Of a DNA stretch of 64,000 bases, positions 43,201 through 55,055 are shown one piece after another (within the stretch, counting starts at the first letter, position 1; the number at the start of each line of letters is the position of its first letter). The notes beneath the pieces are model-generated. The model ran no database searches. It saw nothing but the letters and a program-made list of their open reading frames with translations, and was not told where the DNA came from. The DNA is taken from positions 8,060,001 to 8,124,000 of the forward strand of contig NC_092671.1 in assembly GCF_964355755.1 (NCBI RefSeq). Reading direction: 5' to 3'. Origin of the DNA: Antedon mediterranea (lineage: Eukaryota > Animalia > Echinodermata). Made by a program: the position numbers and the translations under genes.

Positions 43201-46200
43201 TGAGAAAAATAACATAATATTATATCGAAAAAGTTATTCAAATCGTTTCTTATAAATACATTTGATTAAAAAAAATTGTTTATCGTCGAAAGACACCATC
43301 GTTGCATTACGTCCAATATTTGCATTTTTCAAAGACTACATAGTTTTCTTATATATTCATTCATTCATTCATTCAATCTTTTATTTCGGAAAACTCTGGT
43401 CCAATATTACGTCATCATATTCCGATATCGGAATCTACACATTATTCTCGTCGATCAAACATTCATTATACAGTACGTAAAATGGAAAACTCACTTGCTT
43501 AATTACTATGATGCTATCTACCAAGTTTTTTTAAAAAGATAACTTCTGAAACAGTATCATAGTACAGTGTTTATTGTTACTGCTGCACTTTTTCAATGGC
43601 ACACTTCAACTTGAAGATGTAGTAAAAATAGTATACATAAAAGCACAACAAAATAAAAGAAGAAGAATATATTTATAAAACTACTTAATGACATAACTAT
43701 TTGAGCCCTCTATATATAATTACAGTCATAGATTTTAAGAATCAATGTAATACTTAATACTTGTGAATAATATTAATTCTCGAACATAAACATAAGCATT
43801 TTATTCACGAACTTTCGGAGCGCGCGTTTTAAATAGCGGATAATATGGTATTACGGTATAATTTGGATGCGAGTGTCAACGTGATGTTTATTCATGGTGC
43901 TCGTACGAAAAAAAAGGACAACCGATTTGAAACGATCTCCAACCGTCAAAACAGAAAGGTGAATATTGAAGAATTTTGAACGACTTTACAAAATCATACA
44001 TAATACATAACATGTTCTGTTATGATTAATGGTTAACGCTGTTTTCACACTTCGTTTCGTTACAATTTGCTTGTACAACGACACTACCTTATAAGCACGG
44101 TTTTGGTATAAATTTTTACCGTAAATGTGAATAGGTTTTGTATGTTTTATAAGCCCATTTTAAAAAGACAATTAAAAAAATCAAATACAAATAATATCAA
44201 TGTTTTATTGTTCCTAAATTAATATTTTTTATGTTTAATATCTACATAGAAATAATCGTGCAGTAGTTGGTATTGTATTTCAATTGTTGTTCTTATCTTA
44301 AAATATAACTATTATTATGTACATAGTAACCAGACAGATCCAAGCTCATTTGAATATCAGCCCTCTATAACAATTCTTCTAATTATTGCTCTGCGTGTTA
44401 ACTATCTACAGGTCCATAATCAGCCGACAAGATTTTAAACCAATGTTTGCTAACCGTATAAAGTTGCGGCATTCGTTATATGTACTTTAATTGATAATCG
44501 AGCTATTTGTTCGGTTCAATTCAATACACGTTGACAGGTAGTATGATAAATATGCAATCATAAGGTCTACCGTTCACCGCTAAGTAGCTAGACTATGAAC
44601 CACATGCACTTTGTACAGTATCATCAACTGGACCAGCCACTCCCTTTTTGCCAAAAAATCACATGACAACAAACATTTCTTCTAATCGGTTTCAAATCTT
44701 CCCTGGTTTTAATGACTTGCGTTTTAATTTAACAAACGCGGAAGTTTCTATTTTAGTTGGCACTTCACGTTTTATGTTAATGTTCTATGTTTTATAAATA
44801 TGATGCCTTATTAAATGATAAGTGGCAGCTCTGACGCTAAATAATAATTATAGTCCATATCAAGTAGTCTACAAATTATGGAATTATTTTTACTATTTAA
44901 AAAAAAAATGAAAACTTCGTTAACTAATAATTAAATGCCCTTTATAATATAAAAATCAAACACATTTCTATTTATTTTACCTATAACAAGAAAGCATGAA
45001 ACAACCCCCCGAGTATAAACAACATACTTGGATTTTATATCGTCGCGCTTTCTCTGGAAAATTATTCGAGAAATTCAGTGCGGTTAAAGTAGTCTTTTTC
45101 GAGTGGGACTCTCGAGAGCTAACATCGGTTAGCCGGGCGTAGCCAGAATCTGGTCACCGATTTTATGGGGTTGGAAAGCAAAAAAACAAAAAATAATTAT
45201 TAAAGATTATAAAAAAAATTAGCAGTGGTAATTCAATATTGATAATGTAACGTAATATTGTTATGAGATAATTAGGCCTATATGTATAGAACCAATTTTT
45301 ATTCTAAAAAACCTCTAAATTATAATTATGTTTATTTCGCATAAATTGTAATACATTGAACGTGTAATTGTTGTTTTAAATAGGACGAAAGACGAATTAA
45401 TTAACAATGACTTGAAACTGAAATTTGTCATTAATCTTAAAGAGGCAATATATCATTCAGAAATGCTCACGTATAGAATCGTGTACCGTTTGCAGAGCTT
45501 TTCTTTATTAATTCCATACCATTGTTGAAAACTGTTCGTCATTCTCTTTGTAAGCGAAACCGGCAAAAGTCGGCGTGTTCGAATAATCTTCTTTTGAAGA
45601 TAATTGCTCGTTAGAAGTATAAACAAGTTGTGTTATATACTAAACATTCGAACACGCAAGGAAACGAGTGATTAAAAATGTCTTACATCACGCAAATGTC
45701 GAGATGTGAAACCGATGTTTTTTTACGCACGAAATTGGTTCTCTGACTGATAAACAAGTTTGGAAGTGCAGTAAATAATATATTTGTTCCTGGCTTTATT
45801 TGGTGTTTCATTGTTATAATGTTTTAGATTCATCATTACAAGTAAAAATTTGCCAACAATATAAGTATTACTATTATTTTTCTCAATGAATTTCTTACAG
45901 ACATGCAAACTGTTAAAGTAGATTTAGCAACCAGAAATAAGTTTATTTGTCACTGAAGTAGATTTTACAATTCTATAAACATGCATATGTAGGCCTATTA
46001 TTAATTAGTTATTAATTGCCGGAACGCAATTATAACTTTTCATTTAAAAATAAAGATACCGATTTCAGAACAATATGAAAAAAAACCACATTAGGCCTAT
46101 GAGAAACAGTAATGACATCGATACTATTATCCTAGTTAGTATGCTTAGTATGCATAGTTTGACTCCACTTACACAAAGTTTAAAAAGAAAATTAGAACCT

Positions 46201-46976
46201 ATGGACTTGAATGGTGTAGGCTAAATATAGAAAAGTGATAGAAGAAACCATAAGAGATTAATTCAAATACTAAAATAAATCAAAGACAGTGCAACTTGAT
46301 TGTAGCAAAAACAACAAATGAATAAGTATACGGGAACATAATAAAACACATTTTGTAAACGGGAACGCTCTTACGGTACATACTATCTAGATTAATAGAC
46401 ACACGGTAGGCCAATATGCATAATTAATAACTTCGCTTGACAATGAATTATTGGTCTAGATTTACCAAGCAAAATCAGTACACCGACATTGATAATACAA
46501 GTCTCATATCATTTTGGAGATTCAACCGTATTCGATACACATTTACGCCTAGAAGATATTCACACCATGTACGTAGATTTCTAATTGTATAGCCTATTTC
46601 ATGACAAATCAACATGGGAACACTCGACTATTAAATTTATCAGGAAGTTATGTATTTATCATTTCACCCCTATTCCGACCTCCTCTATCAACCTAGACAA
46701 AAAAAATGCAAGTAATTGCTTTTAGTTTGTACCAATAGCCCCCAAATTGTTATTATTATTTAATCAATTAATTATTTTTCTTGGAAAGTGCTGTTTAAAA
46801 CGTTATACGTTATGGCGAGCCTAACTCTCCTTCAGCTACAAGGCCCCTCTTCTACAATGATCTTCCTCTATCTATCCGCTATTCCTTATCCTTTCCCTTT
46901 TCAAAACTAAACTTATGACTTTCTCAAAACTATGTAATCCTTTTCCAGATTTTAAATTGTAAAATATTAGATATAA

Positions 46977-47008
46977 ATATTTATATATATATATATATAT
47001 ATTATATA
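46977..47008. repeat. (TA)n microsatellite
   Basis: Direct TA run. Confidence 0.85.
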
Positions 47009-47168
47009 TTTTTGCCTAATTTAACATATCAGTTATTTTCTATATTTCAAATTTTCTTATTTCATTAATAAGATATCTTAGTTTTCAATGGGATCAGTAA
47101 CATTGTCAATGTTCAACATTTCAATCATGAACAACTCGTGTGATTAATAGGCCTAAACATAGTAAATT

Positions 47169-47232
47169 ATTGTTATAGTATTATATTATATTATAACAAC
47201 TATGTTACTATAATATAATACTTTATAACAAT
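47169..47232. repeat. Imperfect AT-rich inverted repeat
   Basis: ATTGTTATAGTATTATATTATA ... TATAATATAATACTTTATAACAAT. Confidence 0.6.
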
Positions 47233-49883
47233 GATTTTGAAACATAGTATCACCCAAAACATAAAGTTACTGTAGTTTATTCAACGAGGTCTTAACGCCA
47301 TCTCCTTAATAATGTATATCCAGTTTTGTTTATAATCCATAGGTCAGTGAGTGAAGGGTGGTTTTTCGAAGATACCATTTACACTGAAAGGGGAGCGTGC
47401 ATATAGATATTTCAATATTAATATTTTATTACACATTCTTTTATATTGAATATACATATCCAAATATTTAAATACAGAGAAATATTTATTTTATCGTGAA
47501 TATTAAAAATCGCTTTATACATAGAAATTGTTCAAGTATATATTGTTTATAATCGACGTTCAAACATAGAGGGCAGTATTGTTATGTCAATTACTTTTTG
47601 TATTGGCCCAATGTATTACGAATTTATAGAATTGCATTCATTTAAACCATTTAACTGCGTAAATAAATTAAATAAATTTGACTGATTAAAAGGAGCTTCA
47701 ACGTTATTTCTGCTTCTTCACAACAGACAGGCCTATCACTACTACTCGATGTGTAAGATGCAGTATTTAATTGTGTAACACGTCTAAAGCAACAGTCCTT
47801 GGAATGTGATTGGTTTATTTCGTACCACGTGACGTTAGTTAGTTCATACCATTCAACGATTATTTTTTATTTTATAAAATGCCTCATTTCACAATAAAAA
47901 AATCAAATTAATTTTTTTTTTAAAGATGTGTTCTAATTATAATCTGAGTAAGGGCAGTAAAATCTAAACATTTCGTGTGCGCAATCCATCTGTGGCGTGT
48001 ACCATTCTTATTTTATTAATATTATTTTTGTATGTATTAATAAATAATGCGAATTATAAATGATACCAGACGTATATCAAACATTACCCATACGGCCGAC
48101 CAATTTAATGTACGGTAATACATGTCAATCAATCTACAGTGACGTCACTACTGATTTACCAATAGGCTGATAGCATAATAATTTAATTGAAACATTCAAC
48201 CATTTAGCTTCGAGTGATGTGGTTACGCGTAGGATCCTAGTCACGCGTCCAATCTCTTGATACGAAATACAAGAACCGGAACTGGATTAACCAACGTCCT
48301 ATTCATAACTTAAATTATACGCGATTTTATTTTAAAGATGTTGGATTTCATAACTAAGGCGACGTCAAAAAGTAAAATATTAACATATATGGGCCTAAAT
48401 TATTATAATTAATGCAATTTCTTTTTTATTGTTAGGCCTATTATTTCGATTAGTTATCCGCACAATTGAGAAGTATATGCTACACAAACCGTTAAAATAG
48501 CAATTCTTCTGAGATTTCTTGTTAATAAGGTCTACTGTTCAGAAATGACTACTGAATATTTGTTTGATACAGTATTCACCTTTTTGTTCGTTTTACTACT
48601 GTGCAATTATGAAGAAATGTACCGGTATAAGAGTTCACATTGACCCTACTGCAGAATAATATAATTGTTTTTAAATTTTACACCGTATGGAATAAATCTA
48701 AAATCAACAAAGCTATAATGATATTGTATAAATAGCGGTAGTAATTACACACAATAAAAATCACGATTTAGAAGAAGATTAATCATAATAGGCTGTTATT
48801 TTAAATCATAAATATTATTTTAATAATAATCTCAGTTTTCCAAGAAAAGTAAATTTCGTTTTGTATATGGTTTCATTTATTCTGACACGTTTGGATGGAG
48901 TATTCCATACAGCATGATACACAGTATGGAAGAATGCTAAATAGTAGAACACCATTGGGACCCAACAATTCACTTATGTATGGCCTATCTTTCAACATAT
49001 TTTACGAACATGTATTTCTTGCTTTGATAGTTCTTTTCAATATTGCCAATGAATATATGTTGGCGTTCCCGTTTCACCAAAGTATACCCAGGGAAAGGGG
49101 AGGGGGAGGTGGGTGTCTCGAAAGAGGGATTCTATACGGTAGTCAATTGAAGCTGTATGATCTGTGAAGACGCTGCGGAGAATTGGTTATTATGTACTGT
49201 ATATTAGACTTGAAAAATGTATATGCTGTTGAAATATTAGAGGCAGTTGACTATTACTTGATGTACTTTTATTTGTCAATAAGCTCAATTAAACAAAAGT
49301 GTAGCAATTCATATCAAAGTGTCAGATTATTTATGTTTATGATTAAACATTTACGAAAGATATCGTGAGAAAGGATTAATATTAATATAACATTAATGCA
49401 AAGATGGAATACCTTGAAATGTAATAATGATCGATATGTCTAAAAAGTGAAATAGCCAAATAAGTAATTGCAATTTCGGTGTGGATTAGAAAAGAAGAAA
49501 TATTGTTGGGGAAAAATGTGACTCGAGGGAGTAGAAAGTTAGCATAGCGAATCCTCGTCTTTCTTGATCTGTGGATGGATTGCATAGGAAGAGCTCGGCT
49601 CACTGGACGCATTAAGCTTAACTTCATAGGAGCTTGACAGCGTTAGTCAGCTGCATCGGTGGAGATGTATAAATGATCAAAGTAAATTTACTGGCAACCG
49701 CCGACGTATATCATAATTTTGGAATGTTATTGTCTAAAATTGGCAATATCGAAGTTTTTTAAGCATACATTATACGTATAAAATACGTGTTTTGAAAGAT
49801 AATTCATAGTTTTGTCACAGCATATATTTTTTTTCGATCGTAATTTTCTGATTTAATTGAAACTGAAAACAATAAAAAAATAA

Positions 49884-49986
49884 ACTTTTTTTGTCTATTG
49901 TGTCACGGTCACCACTGTAATACATTGCTAACGTTGTGTTAGCAATGTATTACAGTGGTGACCGTGACACAATAGACAAAAAAAGT
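49884..49986. repeat. Perfect 49-bp inverted repeat with 5-nt spacer
   Basis: 49884-49932 is the exact reverse complement of 49938-49986; the spacer is GTTGT. Confidence 0.95.
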
Positions 49987-51375
49987 CCGGCCCTATACGT
50001 CATCTTAAAACACCAACGGCAGCACCGCTACAAATGGCACCACGCGCACATAACCCAGTCTCATCGCCAACTGTATCACCGTCGATCGATCGATCCATCA
50101 TCATCACCTATTATTATCACATAATTTTATTTTATTGCCATACTTAAGCTAATTTAATGTCATATATACTTAACCGATGCCATATATTATTCTTATTCAT
50201 TCATTCTTCTTATGAATGTCACTGTTCAAAAACTTTCTCTTCCCCACCCCCCTTTTTTAATTCATTCAATACTTTGACAAAAACTAAACTCTTTCGCTGG
50301 TTGTAAAAGCAAATGCCAGCATGGCTATGTCAATGCCCTCCCATTCGTAAAGCTTACCAATTTAAATCAAAGAAAGATTTAAAAAAAAAACAGTATGACT
50401 GACATACGGTAATTATTCGCACGAACACACTAATTATAAAATATTATTGAATATAAACTTAAAGGAGCAATATTTATACAATGCAATAATTACACAATTA
50501 ACAAGCTAATATTAACTGATTTTGTAAACGAAGACACTGTACACTGCATATTATTAATTTAATAATAATGATCATTATGATCTTAATTATAAAAGGGGTA
50601 TAAAAACACGCTTAAGACATGTATCGCGCACACACACACTGCACCTTTAATTATAACGTATTACTTGGAATTGAGTTTAGAGGTAACATTACGCCTCATT
50701 GCAAAAAAAACCCATATACATTTGAGAATGATAATGTAAATATAATATACGTTTTAATTAGGATCTCATCATTGATTTTAAAGGGACGACATGTAGATTT
50801 TTTATTTGAGTTGTATTGCTAGCTATTTCGAGACAATCAATTATGCCCGTATATTTATATAATGCATGTACGTGTACCGCAATGTATTATTAATTTACGG
50901 TCATTGGAAATTACTATATTACTATTTATTATTGTTATTAATATATTTTATTAATATTATTATTATCAAATTCTTAGATATTATTACCTCATCATTATGG
51001 ATATAAAAATGCATAGTTAATTTATTGTGATTGCTAACAGATTTTTTTTTAAGTATATGTTTGTTAAATTTGATTATTAAACTTCCACTGTCGGACCTTG
51101 TAAAGGAATCGTCGAGTAAATATTGTTTATCTATGTTAAATAAGAAGTTTGATTTAAGCCTAGTATGAATGTTAAACCTATACTCATCAGTTATCTGTTG
51201 ATGTGTATAGCATAGGACAGGCGGTAAGAACGCATCTTATTGTTAGCATGACCATACTTAGAAATCAAAACAAACAAACTGTATCCGCTAAGTTTAAACA
51301 AAATAGACGTTGTTATTTTGGCTAATATTTTGACTAACTTCTTCAATCATGGATACACTGTTCAAAGTAGGCCTA

Positions 51376-51565
51376 CAGTGAAAAAGCTCAAAGGAAGAAG
51401 GCTCTTATGCGAATGATCGTCGTAAAATAAGGAGAACGGCGATCCATGAGAATGCTCCGCCCATAATCGTATGAAAACGCTCTTCGCATGAGAAGTGGTC
51501 ATCGTGCGAACGCTCATCGTATAAGAACGCCAAACGTATGAGCGCGCGTGAAAACGATTACGAAT
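51376..51565 (+). repeat. Degenerate 15-17-bp tandem array (consensus about GTATGAGAACGCTCATC)
   Basis: Units include GTATGAAAACGCTCTTC, GCATGAGAAGTGGTCATC, GTGCGAACGCTCATC and GTATAAGAACGCCAAAC. Confidence 0.7.
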
Positions 51566-52526
51566 ATTTTTCTCATCATAATATTTGCTATCATAGAGAA
51601 AAATATTTGTTATCTGACCCTTTATTTTCATCACAGTGATTGAGGTACTTAAATCGCGTATTTGCGAAAAAAATCGTGAATCCCACAATGGAGCGTTTTC
51701 CGCGTCCCAGTGGTATCGTTAATATTTCTTCGTGCAAGTCAATATAAAATCGTCTTCACTAGACTGAGTTGCAACACCTTGAGAAAAACAAAACTCTCTC
51801 GGGCAATCAGCGATCAAGTTTCTACAATCACTATGTTATTAATGTCTCATCAGTTTTATATCCCCGTTGGTATTTAGCAATGAGATGAATACTTATCAAT
51901 TGTTATTTCAATAATAACTACTCTAGCATATTTTCCTTCGTTTTTATTTTATCTTGTCAAGCCGATTGGGAACATTATTCTAAAATCTGCCCATCTTCGC
52001 TAATGTACCAAAACAGCCAATTTACTTAGCGTCAGATTGGGTAAAAGGTTAGTTTTAAGGCATTTCTTTGTTTGCAGATCTAAACAGAGCCGATATACTC
52101 TCTCATTACAAGCACAATCAATCAAAAAAACACAATTTATAAAAAAAAAAAAAGATTATGAATCAATAATTATTATTATTATTTTTATATAAACTGAAGT
52201 TATAATCGAACATGAGAATCAACCAGAAAACGACGAATTCACAACTGAACATAAGGTAGGATCGAATACACACGACTCACCTTTATGTAAATAAATACAG
52301 TAATTATGTTAGTGGGTGATTTTCTATAATAAAATAATAATTAATAATATATAGGTTGTATAACGTTGTCTAATTGGGTAGGCCTCATTAAAGAAATGCG
52401 CAGTGCTTATTTTTCGTTTAAAAAAACCCAAAATGATGCACGGAGAAGGAGAGGAGAAAGCGATGATAATATTACATAAATGTGTACTTTTATAACAAAC
52501 AATCAATTAACAAATGTTATAGAAAA

Positions 52527-52669
52527 GGGTGGGAAATGGCCGGTTAGCAACGGGCCATGTGAACAATTACCGTGTGGCAAATGGAGGGTGACAACGGCAC
52601 AAGTGGAAAACGACCATAGCAAAAGGTACGATGGCAACTGGCCGGGTACAAAAAGGCAAAGTGGCACCC
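52527..52669 (+). repeat. Degenerate 15-bp minisatellite, about 9 units (consensus about GTGGCAAATGGCCGG)
   Basis: Units include GTGGGAAATGGCCGG, GTGGCAAATGGAGGG, GTGGAAAACGACCA and ATGGCAACTGGCCGG. Confidence 0.75.
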
Positions 52670-53241
52670 GAAATAGACCCGAAGAAAAAATAACTGAAAT
52701 GTCAATGATTTATAGTTATAAGATTATAAAATTAATCAGAATTGTAATTCAAATCGTAAATTCAGTGTCAATTTTAAAATAAGGGTATTTAAATGGTAAT
52801 TGGTAGTCAGTAAAATGAATATTCGTAAACAGAAACGATAAATTTGGTATTATTGTCAAATTAATTTAAATAGAGACATTACGGCAAAGAACTTTCACCT
52901 TACCGTTCTTGCACGACATGCACTAGTACGCCGTCTAGGTGTCGAAGATTATGGTCGTATAGATTATCGTTCGAAAAATACTCTCATTAAACATCGATAA
53001 TGTGTGATAGAAGCGATAATGGTGATTCGCTCAGCGGAAAAGGGCTTATAGACGGGAGACCAGTTAACGTCTTAATACAGAATCTTTAGATTTGCTGTTA
53101 TACTTCAGTATAGTTTTTTTTTAACAATTGCGGTTCTGGGATTTGTCGCACGATATAACCACAATCATTAATAATACATAATTAACTAGAATGGTAATTT
53201 AATCAATGGCACGTCACCTAGTTAAACTTTCAGTAAACAGA

Positions 53242-53524
53242 ATCAAACAAATACCATCTTTTCTAATAAATTAATTAGTTACGAAAAAAAACCAAATTTG
53301 TATTTTCAGGGAAGAGTAAGAACTCAATTTTGTTTCATTTAAATTTTAAATGGCATATTTAAAACATTCTTTACATTTTTAAATGTCCTATATCAAACAA
53401 ATATCATCTTTTCTAATGAATTGGTTAGACGAAAACAAAAATGTTTTTTTTAAGAGTGAGAATTCATTTTGTTTCATTTACATTTAAATGGGATATTTAA
53501 AACATTATTCGTAAAATGTCCTAT
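53242..53524 (+). repeat. Diverged tandem duplication, about 140-150-bp unit x2, 1.1 kb upstream of the Hox4 ATG
   Basis: ATCAAACAAATA(C/T)CATCTTTTCTAAT...AAGAGT(A/G)AGAA(C/T)TCA..TTTGTTTCATTTA...ATATTTAAAACATT...AAATGTCCTAT occurs twice. Confidence 0.92.
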
Positions 53525-54379
53525 TTAGTATTTAAAATACGTTTGTAATTGTGTTATTAAATATAAATTCATTTAGAAAAATAAAAGTTAGCCTAAACTT
53601 ACCCCAAGTATCTTACTGTTTCTTTATTTATTTTTTTCTATAAAGCTCATATAGTTATGACACGCCATGTATGCCAAAATGTTGTTCTAAGCAGCGGCTT
53701 ACAGCATTACTTATACATAATGTTCAAAAAGCCTTCCATAATAGAGGAGGGAATAATATCACTTTGCGATCATCACTGTCATAACCAAACTGCAAATCAA
53801 AAATACAATGTAACATGAATATACCTCAATGTAATTTAATTTAAAATGTCCTATATGCCACGCCTAACTTAGTGAACACACATATCAAGTATGACATCTT
53901 AAACTTATACTGAGAAAATACAAAAATCAATTGTTTAATGTTTATGTAATGGTGTTGATTCTTATATAAATCAAGCACGAAGACATATAATTATATAATT
54001 AAACAAAATTAATGTAAAAGGGGTTGGCTGACGATTGCCAAGGTCATCCTCCCAATATTCAACATGTAGAACACGTTATTCGCGCCAACATAATGTCTGT
54101 GATAATCAAAAAACGTATTATTTGACACCATATTTCGTTTTGAATTAAACACAAACTCCCAAGTTAGTAGAAGACTGTGTGCGTACGTTTTTATTCGATA
54201 ATTAAAAAAAATACACTCAAGGCCATTGCTTGTTTTGTTGCCCGTAGAAATAAAAATAGGAGGAGCATTTTCAACATCCCAAATAATAGTCTGTTTAAAA
54301 CACAAAAGAATATAAACGACAAGGATATTATGCATAATATAAATAGACTCGGTGGACCCGCAGGAATTATTCTCAAACT

Positions 54380-54540
54380 ATGGCGCCGTATCTTAGCAAT
54401 GATAGGATGAAGTGATTCGTTGCCTGCGCTATCTTCACACCTTACCGATTGGCTACCGGTTGTCACGTGCACTGACTAAAAAGGCAGACAACTTCTAAAG
54501 CAGAATTTATCTACCATGACTATACAGTAGACCCAAAGAG
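54380..54540 (+). promoter_or_regulatory. Hox4 proximal promoter candidate: ATGGCG (YY1-like), reverse CCAAT box, USF-type E-box
   Basis: ATGGCG 54380-54385, GATTGGCT 54447-54454 and GTCACGTG 54462-54469, 142 nt before the ATG. NF-Y plus USF sites are an established feature of the vertebrate HOXB4 promoter. Confidence 0.7.
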
Positions 54541-54610
54541 TTGAATATATATATCTACAGGTAAAGAAGGATTTTCTCACAAATTGGGATCAAAGTTGCA
54601 GAGAGTAAAC

Positions 54611-55055
54611 ATGAATTCATTTTTAAGCTCAACATCGCATGGTATAGATCCAAAGTTTCCTCCGATCGAGGAGTACTCGCAGTCGAACTATATTCCAACT
54701 GGACAACTTTACGGAAGTCAATACTCCCCTTTTTCGTCGCAACATTCAAATCAGTCATGTAGTTATTCGCCTTACACATCGATGGCCACTCCATCGTATG
54801 AACAGTGGTATGCAGATTGTAACTATAATCAGTTAAACTCCAGTCAAACAGGGTTTGCGTTTAGTGGTACTGATGTAGCAACGGCAACGCAATGGAGCCA
54901 TAAGTCTCCATTTCAACCTACGGTACCAAGCGTCTCACAATCATGTGTTGATACGGCAGCTACATTTTTTAGGAGCACAAGTCAAAAGGCAACAAAGCTA
55001 GTCGATAGCCAACCCCGTCTTTACCCGTGGATGAAACGACTTCATGTGAATCCAG
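54611..55055 (+). CDS. Hox4: Hox4 (paralogy group 4 / Dfd-type), coding exon 1
   Basis: MNSFLSS...IDPKFPPIEEYSQSNYIP is the PG4 N-terminal motif, and LYPWMKRLHVNP is the hexapeptide region. Donor CAG|GTAAGG at 55056, phase 1 (445 nt). The first ATG is 54611; the track start at 54584 is a TTG. Confidence 0.95.

Noticed and set aside
51362-52782. 108-aa and 100-aa ORFs, and CRISPR-like periodicity
   Set aside because: The ORFs run through degenerate minisatellites. There are no constant repeats with unique spacers, no cas genes, and the DNA is eukaryotic.
54584-54610. Track start of Hox4 at 54584
   Set aside because: The codon is TTG; the conserved MxSFL start is the ATG at 54611.
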